The notes beneath the pieces were generated by a model. That model was given only the letters and a program-made list of their open reading frames with translations. It had not been told where the DNA came from and did not search any database. From a virus (Duplodnaviria > Caudoviricetes), in IMG/VR virus record IMGVR_UViG_3300033405_000050, positions 1-35,159 of that record: a stretch of DNA of 35,159 nucleotides; one strand, given 5' to 3'. Below are positions 1 through 7,762 of this stretch, one piece after another (the first letter of the stretch is position 1; every line of letters begins with the position of its first letter). The position numbers were made by a program, and so were the translations under genes.

Positions 1-226
1 GTCCCCGTAGACCCTGGCGCCCCCGTAGACCCTGGGGGCCCCGTAGACCCAGGCGGCCCCGTAGACGCAGGCGCCCCCGTAGACCCTGGCGCCCCCGGAG
101 ACCCTGGCGTCCCCGTAGACCCTGGCGGCCCCGGAGACCCAGGCGGCCCCGTAGACGCAGGCGCCCCCGTAGACCCTGGCGTCCCCGGAGACGCAGGCGC
201 CCCCGGAGACCCAGGCGGCCCCGGAG
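1..226 (-). repeat. 18-bp tandem coding repeat, 12 full units plus a partial unit, truncated by the window edge
   Basis: Plus-strand units g(t/c/g)ccccg(t/g)agac(c/g)c(t/a)ggc start at 1, 19, 37 ... 199. Coding-strand consensus is GTC TAC GGG GAC GCC AGG. Confidence 0.97.
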
Positions 227-372
227 TGGTCGAGATTTTCCTCTTTTTCCACGTATCCGCCGACTTCGCCCTTTTCGACGTTGCCAAAGGCCATTAGGGC
301 GCGGATGCGGAAAAGCTTCCGGCCAAAAACCTCGATTGCTGAGTCCGTGATAAGTTCAAATTTCTTAGCCAC
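1..372 (-). CDS. Phage hexapeptide-repeat (left-handed beta-helix-like) protein, 3' end runs off the window
   Basis: Not in the ORF track because it has no stop in the window. GTG at 372 follows RBS AAGGAGG. Translates [70 protein letters not shown]..., the familiar phage 'L(F/Y)RIRAL..FG.V..G..GGY.E.E.NL' N-terminus followed by V(Y/S)GxAx repeats. Confidence 0.9.
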   Translation of the reverse strand, partial: MAKKFELITDSAIEVFGRKLFRIRALMAFGNVEKGEVGGYVEKEENLDHSGAAWVSGGACVSGDARVYGGACVYGAAWVSGAARVYGDARVSGGARVYGGACVYGAAWVYGAPRVYGGARVYGD

Positions 373-418
373 ATTCCCTCCTTGTGTTGCCTTGGCCTGA
401 CCAACCCGGTCAGGTGGG

Positions 419-652
419 CTACGCCGCTGTCTTCAGGCCCAGGCCCGCGATAATGGATTTGGCGTCCTTCTCCTGCGGCTTGGAAACGTGGAGAAAGCAC
501 ATCCGGTTCGCCTCAGTGAAGACTACCTTGTGCATGGTATCTTTCAGGGCATTATGGATATTTTTCGCGCCCTGTTCGTCCACACCGGAAAGCTGCATGG
601 ATGCGATGTCGGTAAAGGGGGCCGCTCCGAAATTGCTACCTATGAAATCCAT
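419..652 (-). CDS. Hypothetical protein (77 aa), first gene of the leftward unit
   Basis: Strong RBS GGAGG before the ATG, normal composition, flanked on both sides by the same intergenic motif. Confidence 0.75.
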   Translation of the reverse strand: MDFIGSNFGAAPFTDIASMQLSGVDEQGAKNIHNALKDTMHKVVFTEANRMCFLHVSKPQEKDAKSIIAGLGLKTAA

Positions 653-698
653 ATTTTCCTCCGTGTTTTTCTGGCCTTATCCCGGCCAGGTGGGGAGC

Positions 699-892
699 TT
701 GAGGCTCGGGAGGATGGCGGGGGCGGAGGCGGGATGGCCTGATTGGGGTCCTCGCTTGTCCTGGGCGCCTGGGTCCTTGGCGGTTTCCCGCCATCCTCCG
801 AAACCTCAAACTCAAAGATCGCTCGTCCGTGCGCTTACTCTCCCTCCCTACTGAGCCCGTCCGGGGTTAGCCGGACCTGAAACCGTTCGGGC
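699..892 (-). ncRNA. Putative structured 5' leader RNA or sRNA of the leftward transcript
   Basis: Arms 699-721 and 787-809 pair as a 23-position stem (two G-U, one mismatch) on the minus strand. There is a competing GAAA-tetraloop hairpin at 778-793 and a further hairpin at 859-876. No convincing ORF. Confidence 0.55.
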
Positions 893-914
893 CGTGTGCG
901 CGTTCGATGGCCAA

Positions 915-983
915 TGTCTAATGAGAAAATAAACCCAGGTCAAGAAGTTTTTTCTTGATTATTGAAAAAAGTGCGTATAGAGA
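915..983. promoter_or_regulatory. Back-to-back sigma70-like promoters with a central inverted repeat
   Basis: Leftward TTGACC (943-938)-17 nt-TAGACA (920-915). Rightward TTGATT (955-960)-17 nt-TAGAGA (978-983). Palindrome TCAAGAA-N5-TTCTTGA at 940-958. AT-rich gap between divergent genes. The -10 boxes are imperfect. Confidence 0.55.
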
Positions 984-990
984 AGGAGTC

Positions 991-1320
991 ATGGAAAATA
1001 TGAATAAAGACTATGCGGAGTTCATCGCGGGGAAACACCTTATCGTTCCCCCCGCTGGATTCCCGGTTGCCAAGGACTCGCTGAATACTCAGCTTTTCGA
1101 CTGGCAGCAGGAAGTAACGGCATGGGCACTTGCCCGGGGCCGGGCGGCACTCTTCGAGGACTGTGGACTCGGGATCGGCAGCGAAGCCTATTGTGCCCTT
1201 AAGATGAAGCGTATGGCTATCGGGATAGAATTAAAGCCGGAATACTTCCGCCAGGCCGTGAAGAATTGCCAGCAAATCGAAACTGAGACTTCAAGGCCAT
1301 CTCTTCTGGATTTCGCATGA
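991..1320 (+). pseudogene. In-frame chimera: N-terminus of an SF2/SNF2-like phage helicase joined to the C-terminus of an N4/N6 DNA methyltransferase
   Basis: LFDWQ...WALARGRAALFEDCGLG (Q motif and Walker A lacking KT) runs directly into IGSEAYCALKMKRMAIGIELKPEYF (MTase motif I onwards, lacking the preceding DPF). Start is 991 or 1000 after AAGGAG. Confidence 0.8.
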
Positions 1321-1583
1321 GACATACCGAGGCTAGCCTTGCTATATTGGCCGAAGTGGATCGTGCCTCATTACTCTATCCCGACTGGCCAGTGGACCCC
1401 GTACACGCCGCCGCTGTGCTCGCTGAGGAGTCCGGAGAGACAGTCCAGGCGGCTCTCGACTACTGCTATTCGGACGGCGAACTTTCGCGCATTCAGGAAG
1501 AGGCAATCCAGGCCGGGGCCATGGCCATGCGCATCTTAATGGGCCTTGACAACTATGAAAGACTCACCGGCTATAAAAAATGA
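1317..1583 (+). CDS. MazG-like all-alpha NTP pyrophosphohydrolase
   Basis: VLAEESGETVQAAL...IQEEAIQAGAMAMR matches the EExxE...EExxQ/D pattern. ATGA overlap with the upstream ORF. Confidence 0.65.
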   Translation: MRHTEASLAILAEVDRASLLYPDWPVDPVHAAAVLAEESGETVQAALDYCYSDGELSRIQEEAIQAGAMAMRILMGLDNYERLTGYKK

Positions 1584-1621
1584 ACATTGCGCGGCGGGAA
1601 ATTATTTCGTAAGGGAAACAC

Positions 1622-1819
1622 ATGAACATACTCGATCAGCTTAAAGAGATTTTCGGCACGGATACCGCCTCGGCTATGGCTATGAAGGTAACCCAACGTA
1701 CCATGGTCAATTGGCGGAAAGAGGGAATGCCAGCGAGGGCTCAGCGCATGGCGGAACTGCTCATAGCCGAGGAAAAGGCAAAACGAGCATCAAAACCGAC
1801 TGAAGGGGGCGCATCATGA
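1622..1819 (+). CDS. Small HTH (Cro-like) DNA-binding protein
   Basis: 65 aa, FGTDTASAMAMKVTQRTMVNWRKEGMP is a Cro-like HTH pattern. Palindrome GAAAT-T-ATTTC just upstream at 1598-1608. Confidence 0.7.
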   Translation: MNILDQLKEIFGTDTASAMAMKVTQRTMVNWRKEGMPARAQRMAELLIAEEKAKRASKPTEGGAS

Positions 1820-2040
1820 GAACCTGTCTGAATTGCCGGTGGGAACCGGAATGGCATACGCGCCACTGTTTTGATGGGATCACGCAAACCTCTGGAAGAT
1901 GTCAATATGGACATCCGAGCCCTAATCGGCTTCATAAACTGGGCCTCCCCCAGGGCGCAAGGCTCGAAGTCCCAATGATTTACCACGACAAGCCCAAGCA
2001 CAATTGCGGGGCCTGGCAGGCGAAGGAGATGGGAAAATGA
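1816..2040 (+). CDS. Hypothetical Cys-rich phage protein
   Basis: CLNC...GRC...C.AW pattern common in small early phage genes. ATGA overlap. Confidence 0.65.
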   Translation: MRTCLNCRWEPEWHTRHCFDGITQTSGRCQYGHPSPNRLHKLGLPQGARLEVPMIYHDKPKHNCGAWQAKEMGK

Positions 2041-2168
2041 CCGATCTTGACGAACCTCGGGCGCAAATCAAGAAGCTTAATCGGATAACCGATTTCCTTT
2101 TGATTTTATTCACCCTCTGGGTCCTTGGGGACATGTTTTTTCTTTTTTATTCCAGCATCCCGAGATGA
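2037..2168 (+). CDS. Small membrane protein (43 aa)
   Basis: Below the ORF-track cutoff. ATGA overlap with the previous stop. MTDLDEPRAQIKKLNRITDFLLILFTLWVLGDMFFLFYSSIPR has one hydrophobic helix. Confidence 0.5.
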   Translation: MTDLDEPRAQIKKLNRITDFLLILFTLWVLGDMFFLFYSSIPR

Positions 2169-2254
2169 TGATCCTCCATGATCCCACATATGATGCACAC
2201 CGTGCGGATTTTCAAGGCGGGGAAACCACGTAAAAATGATGGGGGAAAATCCGC

Positions 2255-2437
2255 ATGACAAGTTCCGAAGAGCCGAAGCGCGAGCGTGTGACTAAGTTTT
2301 GCCTCTTGGCCAATCTCATGGCGGCCGAGGCACACCTACGGGAGCATGACTATGCGCAGGCCGCCAGGATACTCCAGGACACACGGGAAATGATTAAGAA
2401 AGGAATTTTGGTAGGGGAAAAGGTTCGCAGGGCTTGA
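2255..2437 (+). CDS. Hypothetical protein
   Basis: 60 aa helical ORF with a GGGGG purine tract upstream, same strand as the operon. Confidence 0.55.
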   Translation: MTSSEEPKRERVTKFCLLANLMAAEAHLREHDYAQAARILQDTREMIKKGILVGEKVRRA

Positions 2438-2464
2438 TTGGTCAGATTTGATGAGGAGGGACTG

Positions 2465-2722
2465 ATGATGCAGAAAAATCCTATTTATGTTTTGGCAACC
2501 GAGATATTTCCACCCACAGGGGCAACCAGGGAACAACTTGAAAAATACCTGGAACTTACCGATTCCATTCTTGATGGCTTTGACACTCGGCTCGAAGACT
2601 TAAAAATAGATAGCGACAAATGGTCCTGGGCAAAGGTCTTCGCCCGGGAATGCAAAAGAGATGTCCAGGTTTTTTCCGCTGTCCGTGAAAACATTCTTAC
2701 ACGCCTACTGATGCTCGAATGA
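2465..2722 (+). CDS. Hypothetical protein
   Basis: RBS GAGGAGG before ATG 2465/2468. Stop overlaps the dnaB start. Confidence 0.7.
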   Translation: MMQKNPIYVLATEIFPPTGATREQLEKYLELTDSILDGFDTRLEDLKIDSDKWSWAKVFARECKRDVQVFSAVRENILTRLLMLE

Positions 2723-4107
2723 GCAAGATTTCAGCATCTATCCTTCGGGAAGAGTTGCCCAAGGATGAAGGCATGGAGATGGAAGTGTTGGGCTTTTGCC
2801 TCACCGCAAAAAACCCAATCACCAAATTACATGAAGCGGAGTTGACACCCCAGGACTTCGCATGGCCCTTACATGGCCAGATATTCGACATTCTCCATTC
2901 TCAATTCCAGAAATTGGAACGCGCAAACCCTGTCGCTCTCTCGCGTCAACTCGCCAAGGACAAGGCTTATGTTGACGCTGGTGGCCAGCTATATCTTGCC
3001 GCCCTTCGGGATAAATTCCAAGGGGAACGCGAGGCGATCCTGGCGGCCCAAACGGTCAAGGGTCTTTCACAGCGAAGAAAGCTGATCCTGGGTCTTACCG
3101 AGTCATTTTTCAAGGCCTTGGACTTGGCCGCGCCTGTCAAGGATGCTGTTGCTATTTGCCACCAGGCCGTGGCCGATACTGTGAGTCAAACCGAAGCCAA
3201 GAGGATTGTACCACAGTTGCAGGTTGTTCAAGAGACCCTTGGCGAGATTGACCGTCTTATCCAGGGCGCGGGCAAGCCCATAGGATTGTCAACTGGAATT
3301 GATAGTCTGGATCGCAGCACGGCGGGCCTCTGTAATGGCGATTACTATATCCTTGCGGCCCGGCCTGGCATGGGTAAGACTGCCCTTGGGATGCAGATAG
3401 CCGCCAACGTGGCCAGCAACAAGCATCCCGTTCTTTTCTTCTCTCTGGAAATGCCACGGTCGGACTTGATGAAGCGCCTTATATCCGCACGGTTAACCAT
3501 TGACTACTCTAAGTTCCGTGGCATTGGACAATTCACCACCGAAGAACAGGAGCGCATGGCCGGGCGCGAGGTCGATGCACTCGCAAAACTCCCCATCCAT
3601 TATTACGATTTTTCCCGCATACAAGCCCATGAGCTTAGAACCTTAGTTTATGTGGCGCGAGAACAATTCGGAGCGGCCTTGATCGTCCTCGACTACATCG
3701 GTCTTGTTAAGCCGGACATACGTACAAAGCAGCGATATATAGACGTGGGAGAGATATCCGCTACCATCCGCGAAACGGCCAAAGACCTGAAATTGCCAGT
3801 CCTGGCCCTTTGCCAGATGAATCGGCGCATTGATGGTGCCAAGGAATCTGAGCCCCAGCTTTCTGACCTGCGGGAATCTGGAAACCTTGAGCAAGACGCC
3901 GCCGCCGTGATGTTCCTCTACGAAAAAGAAGACGATAATCTACCCGATCTCAAGCGGATCATGCTCAAGCTGGCCAAAAACCGGCATGGCCCACAATGCA
4001 CCATCCCCCTAGCCATGGAAACCCGCTTTCTCCGCTTCCGCGAGGTGGAGCAAGAATATCGGGTGCGCCCCGGCGAGAACCGCGAGCATTGGCAGGATCA
4101 GCAATGA
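2719..4107 (+). CDS. dnaB: Replicative DNA helicase, DnaB family
   Basis: LAARPGMGKT Walker A, FSLEM, VLDYIGL, CQMNR, LSDLRESGNLEQDA, AKNRHG. Confidence 0.97.
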   Translation: MSKISASILREELPKDEGMEMEVLGFCLTAKNPITKLHEAELTPQDFAWPLHGQIFDILHSQFQKLERANPVALSRQLAKDKAYVDAGGQLYLAALRDKFQGEREAILAAQTVKGLSQRRKLILGLTESFFKALDLAAPVKDAVAICHQAVADTVSQTEAKRIVPQLQVVQETLGEIDRLIQGAGKPIGLSTGIDSLDRSTAGLCNGDYYILAARPGMGKTALGMQIAANVASNKHPVLFFSLEMPRSDLMKRLISARLTIDYSKFRGIGQFTTEEQERMAGREVDALAKLPIHYYDFSRIQAHELRTLVYVAREQFGAALIVLDYIGLVKPDIRTKQRYIDVGEISATIRETAKDLKLPVLALCQMNRRIDGAKESEPQLSDLRESGNLEQDAAAVMFLYEKEDDNLPDLKRIMLKLAKNRHGPQCTIPLAMETRFLRFREVEQEYRVRPGENREHWQDQQ

Positions 4108-4943
4108 ACCGAGGATATATCAAACTCTGGCGTAAGTCGCTGGACTCTGACCTGCTCAAGAATCATACCCATTGGGCCTTTTGGTCGTACTGCCTTCTTT
4201 CAGCCGCTTATTCCGAGTGCGTAGTCAATGTGGGGGGTATCATTGTAAGGCTTGAGCCAGGGCAGTTTGTTTTTGGCCGCAAGCGGTGGGCAAGAGAACT
4301 TGGAATGACCGAAAAGCAGGTTAGGCTTTGCGTTCGACTTGCGTCCGATTTGCGGTCAGAAAATGTCCGAATAAGGGCCGTCAGAAGGGCCAGCAAGTTT
4401 ACCGTGTATGAGATAATAAATTGGGACACTTATCAGGCTACAATTGAAAACGAGGGCCAGCAAAAGGGCCAGCAAAAGGGCCAGCAAAAGGGCCAGCAGA
4501 GGGCCAGCAGAGGGGCCACATCTAAAGAAGGTAAAGAAGGTAAAGAAAAAGACATATGCCCCCCGCCTCCGGAAAGCGACTTCGCTAGATTTTGGCAAGC
4601 CTGCACTCCTGGGCTCAAAGGCATGAAGCGTTGTGGCAAGAAGGCAGCCCAAGCTTCATGGAGTAAAGCTGAGAAGATCCGGCCAAGCATAGACATGTTA
4701 ATCCAGTCCCTCGAGAGCCAAGCCAAGACCTGGAAGCCGGATTTTCACCCCATGGCAACCACTTGGCTCAATCAAGGCCGGTGGGATGTGGGGCAAGATG
4801 GGGATGCCAAACCCCAAGCCGAAGACCGCCGGTCCAAGTTTCTAGCCCTACCCCCCGACTTACAGCGCCTCTATGCTGCCAATTTCACGGACATCTTAAC
4901 CCAGGACGAAGCCCTGGCGCTCGGTGTGAGGAAGTCCGCATGA
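4104..4943 (+). CDS. Phage replication initiator (replisome organiser, O-like)
   Basis: Start MNRGYIKLWRK at the ATGA overlap. LEPGQFVFGR...IINWDTYQ N-terminal domain, central repeats, C-terminal FARFW..GKKAA..ATTWLNQGRW. Confidence 0.85.
   Translation: MNRGYIKLWRKSLDSDLLKNHTHWAFWSYCLLSAAYSECVVNVGGIIVRLEPGQFVFGRKRWARELGMTEKQVRLCVRLASDLRSENVRIRAVRRASKFTVYEIINWDTYQATIENEGQQKGQQKGQQKGQQRASRGATSKEGKEGKEKDICPPPPESDFARFWQACTPGLKGMKRCGKKAAQASWSKAEKIRPSIDMLIQSLESQAKTWKPDFHPMATTWLNQGRWDVGQDGDAKPQAEDRRSKFLALPPDLQRLYAANFTDILTQDEALALGVRKSA
4386..4518 (+). repeat. Iteron-like direct repeats, probable phage origin of replication
   Basis: AGGGCCAGCA at 4386, 4453, 4465, 4477, 4489 and 4500 (12- then 11-bp period), followed by an A-rich tract, inside the initiator gene as in lambda O. 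Confidence 0.8.
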
Positions 4944-5395
4944 CGAAGCCCAACTACATACGCAACGCCAATCCCACCGAGCATGAAGAGCAAGTCGCGC
5001 TCATGGAAATGCTCGAATACCGGAAAGGGAGATATCCCGAACTGGGCCTCTTGTTCGCCATCCCGAACGGTGGGGCTAGGCATGTCGCCGTGGCTAAGAA
5101 GCTCAAAGCCGAAGGCGTCAAGCCCGGGGTGCCGGACCTGTGTTTGCCGGTTGCCCGTGGCGGCTATCATGGCCTGTACGTCGAAATGAAGCGAGTCAAG
5201 GGCGGTGCAGTGAGTCCCGAGCAAGAAGCTTGGCACGAGGCTCTGTTGGCTCAAGGCTATCACGTCGAAGTTTGCAAGGGCGCCCTCCATGCCGTGGCCG
5301 TGATCCTGAATTACCTGCGGATGGACATGGTGGATATGCCCCAAATTTCCACAGAAACAGGGGTAGAATCGATTGTAAGGCCACAAGCCATATAA
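4940..5395 (+). CDS. VRR-NUC domain nuclease (Holliday junction resolvase-like)
   Basis: EHEEQ...LFAIPNGG...LKAEGVKPGVPDL...GLYVEMK...SPEQ..W. Start at the ATGA overlap, 4940. Confidence 0.92.
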   Translation: MTKPNYIRNANPTEHEEQVALMEMLEYRKGRYPELGLLFAIPNGGARHVAVAKKLKAEGVKPGVPDLCLPVARGGYHGLYVEMKRVKGGAVSPEQEAWHEALLAQGYHVEVCKGALHAVAVILNYLRMDMVDMPQISTETGVESIVRPQAI

Positions 5396-5457
5396 TGAGG
5401 TCTTCTGAAAACAGGATCAATCCTGGGGAAAATTTGGATAAATCAGGAGGAAGGACA

Positions 5458-5721
5458 ATGGGCAAAGTGATTCCGATGGAAGACCCCGTAGTGGCCGAAC
5501 TGCGTAGGCAGCTGAGAAAGACCACCGGCCAGGTTGAAGCACTTCAGGCGCTTGCCAATCGCTTGGCGGGGCTTCTTGACCTCGCACAGCATGAACTGGA
5601 ATTGCTGCGAGGGTTGGCGAAGGGTATACCCGATCCGGGGTGTGCGGTGACAGTGGCGGAAAAGGCGTTTCTGAGTAATGCCACGCCTTACTTTCCGACA
5701 ACCGAAAAGGGGGAAGAATGA
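5458..5721 (+). CDS. Hypothetical coiled-coil protein
   Basis: RBS AGGAGG before ATG 5458, heptad Leu pattern, stop overlaps the next start. Confidence 0.7.
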   Translation: MGKVIPMEDPVVAELRRQLRKTTGQVEALQALANRLAGLLDLAQHELELLRGLAKGIPDPGCAVTVAEKAFLSNATPYFPTTEKGEE

Positions 5722-5951
5722 CAGGCCGCGAACTGGTAGAGCTTCTCGGCCCGGAAATGGCCTGGGAAGTGGCCAAGGCTTTTGGGGGCGCCATTGAGTC
5801 GATCCCCACGTTGAAATCAATCAGCACGGCATGTAGGCAAATGGCGATCACCATCGCCTCGGCAAGGGGCATGGCGACCCAGGATATAGCGATTAAGCTG
5901 GATATCAACGAGGAAACTGTCATCCGAATTATTAAGGCCCAACTGAACTAA
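5718..5951 (+). CDS. Mor/C-family transcription activator, probable late-gene activator
   Basis: LVELLG...FGG..(Y/S)IP...R...I...G...IA.KL.I.E.TV.RII. Lies directly before the lysis and morphogenesis genes. Confidence 0.75.
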   Translation: MTGRELVELLGPEMAWEVAKAFGGAIESIPTLKSISTACRQMAITIASARGMATQDIAIKLDINEETVIRIIKAQLN

Positions 5952-6005
5952 AACTGTTTACCAACTCCTTAGGTTTTTTGGTTTGAGAACTGCCATGTCA
6001 GCCCC

Positions 6006-6569
6006 ATGGACAGCGCCCAGACCACACCCACCAATCAGCCCAAAGAGGGTCAAAGGCCAGTCCCGCTTACTCCCGCCGAACTCGCCGCCTTGGTCTCCTC
6101 CGCCTCCACTGCCCATGGCCTGCCATCCTCCCTCGTGGCGGCCATGGTGCAGGTGGAGTCCGCAGGGGTGACCGATGCCACGCGGTTTGAGCCCGCTTTT
6201 TACACTCGTTACGTTCAGCCTGCCAAGCTCACATTTACGGCCCCGGGCTATACGCCCGACCAAGAGCGCAAGGGTTTGGCCACGTCCTGGGGCCTGCTCC
6301 AGGTCATGGGCGACACCGCCCGGTGTTTGGGCTTCCGTGAGCCCTTTGAGCAGCTTCTAGACCCCCCCACCGGCCTTTATTGGGGCTGTCAACTCATCAT
6401 GCGTCTACGTGACCGCGTGTTTGACCCCTGGGGATGGGCGGCGGTCTGCGCTGCATACAACGGTGGCCTAGGGGCCGTGCGCTCTGATGGCAGTTTTTCC
6501 AATCCGCAGTACCCGGCCAAAGTGTTGGCCAAGTTGGGTGGTCAGTGGCCGCCCAAGGAGCAAGCATGA
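6006..6569 (+). CDS. Endolysin, SLT-type lytic transglycosylase
   Basis: AAMVQVES (catalytic Glu), RFEP, SWGLLQVMG, AAYNGG. Confidence 0.92.
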   Translation: MDSAQTTPTNQPKEGQRPVPLTPAELAALVSSASTAHGLPSSLVAAMVQVESAGVTDATRFEPAFYTRYVQPAKLTFTAPGYTPDQERKGLATSWGLLQVMGDTARCLGFREPFEQLLDPPTGLYWGCQLIMRLRDRVFDPWGWAAVCAAYNGGLGAVRSDGSFSNPQYPAKVLAKLGGQWPPKEQA

Positions 6570-6892
6570 ATTTCCTGACCTCCAAGACGTTTCTGGGCCT
6601 CGTCACGGTGTTCGTATCCTCGGCCCTGGGCCTGCTGCGGGCTTTGGGCCTTTCCATCCCGGCCAGCGTGGACCCGGCCATCAACCAGGTGCTCATCAAT
6701 GGCGTGGGGCTCTATCTGCTCATCGCCGGGCACCAGGAGGCGCTTTACACCACACCGCCCGTGGCCAAGGCTGAGACCGAATCCAAGCCTATCCCGGGCA
6801 CGGGGATTGCTGTATCGTCCATGACCCCCCCGCAGGCCCAGGAAGTCCCCGCCCGCGATCCCGAACCTATCATTACCCCCCCGGCGGCCTAG
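6566..6892 (+). CDS. Putative holin
   Basis: ATGA overlap with the endolysin and RBS AAGGAG. F.TSKTF start, two hydrophobic segments, Pro-rich tail. Confidence 0.6.
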   Translation: MNFLTSKTFLGLVTVFVSSALGLLRALGLSIPASVDPAINQVLINGVGLYLLIAGHQEALYTTPPVAKAETESKPIPGTGIAVSSMTPPQAQEVPARDPEPIITPPAA

Positions 6893-7750
6893 ATGTCATA
6901 CGATCTTCAAGGCGCAATCAATGCTGATACCGTGGGGCGCGTAACCATCCCGTCCACTGGTGGAGTTGTTTCGATTGGCAACGTGACCATATCCAAGCCC
7001 ATGATTATCGAGGGCTCGGGCCCCTGGGCCACGGTGATGCAAGGTACGATCAGTATTGGCGATGCCACCGGCGTTGTGCTGCGGGACTTCCAGCTTCAGG
7101 CCCCGACCGCTGGAAGCGGCACCGGCATAACCATCGGCACTTCCGCCGTCTCGTATCACCCCGTTTTCCAGAATCTTTTGATAGCCAACTTCGCGGTCGG
7201 CATAAATGATCAGGCTTCATGTCTCGCTGAGTTCGATAACGTCTATTTCTCAGGCTATACGCAGTACGGCTTGGAACTAGCCAACACCTTCAACGGTGAC
7301 CAGGGTGACAACAAGGTCACCAATTGCTGTTTCTCCACCAGCGCCAACGCCTCAGCCGGCATTTTCCAGACCTCCAGCGGCGGCCTGTCCATTATTGGAA
7401 CCAAGTTCCTGGGCGGCCAGTGGGCCTATGACTCCATGTTCAGTTGTGCCACCAGCGACCTTTTCTTCAACGGCGGCACGTCCGTAGAGAACCAGACCGT
7501 GGGTGGTGTGAGAGTGCAGACCATCCCCGGGACCGTCTTCAACAACTTCGCCATGACCGGCTGTCAGTTCGCTGGAGGCTTTAACGGAATGGTCATGTCC
7601 GGCGTGAATAACATGGCCATCACCGCGACCATATTCAACGTGCCTGGTTTCACGGCCATGAACCTGACCAACTGCAATGTCATCCACATTTACAACGATC
7701 CGATACCGGCTGGGGTTACCCCGCTGGTTATGACAAACTGTAATCCGTAA
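6893..7750 (+). CDS. Right-handed parallel beta-helix (pectate lyase-like) protein
   Basis: LQGAINA...VTIP...IIEGSG..ATV N-terminal cap, then Asn/Gly/Ile-rich rungs (FQNLLIANFAVGI, FDNVYF, VTNCCF, MTGCQF). Confidence 0.75.
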   Translation: MSYDLQGAINADTVGRVTIPSTGGVVSIGNVTISKPMIIEGSGPWATVMQGTISIGDATGVVLRDFQLQAPTAGSGTGITIGTSAVSYHPVFQNLLIANFAVGINDQASCLAEFDNVYFSGYTQYGLELANTFNGDQGDNKVTNCCFSTSANASAGIFQTSSGGLSIIGTKFLGGQWAYDSMFSCATSDLFFNGGTSVENQTVGGVRVQTIPGTVFNNFAMTGCQFAGGFNGMVMSGVNNMAITATIFNVPGFTAMNLTNCNVIHIYNDPIPAGVTPLVMTNCNP

Positions 7751-7762
7751 GGAGTAATAGAC

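Noticed and set aside
1-226. Possible CRISPR array or non-coding VNTR
   Set aside because: There are no unique spacers. The 18-bp units are contiguous and in frame within a minus-strand gene that has a good RBS.
384-854. 156-aa plus-strand ORF
   Set aside because: It overlaps the RBS-supported minus-strand gene and the structured leader, has a TTG start and unnatural composition.
991-1320. Functional DNA methyltransferase or helicase
   Set aside because: No DPPY/SPPF catalytic motif, no Walker A lysine and no DExx box. Too short for either enzyme.
5412-5425. Palindrome CAGGAT-CA-ATCCTG upstream of the coiled-coil/Mor genes
   Set aside because: A single 6-bp inverted repeat with no second copy noticed, so chance cannot be excluded.
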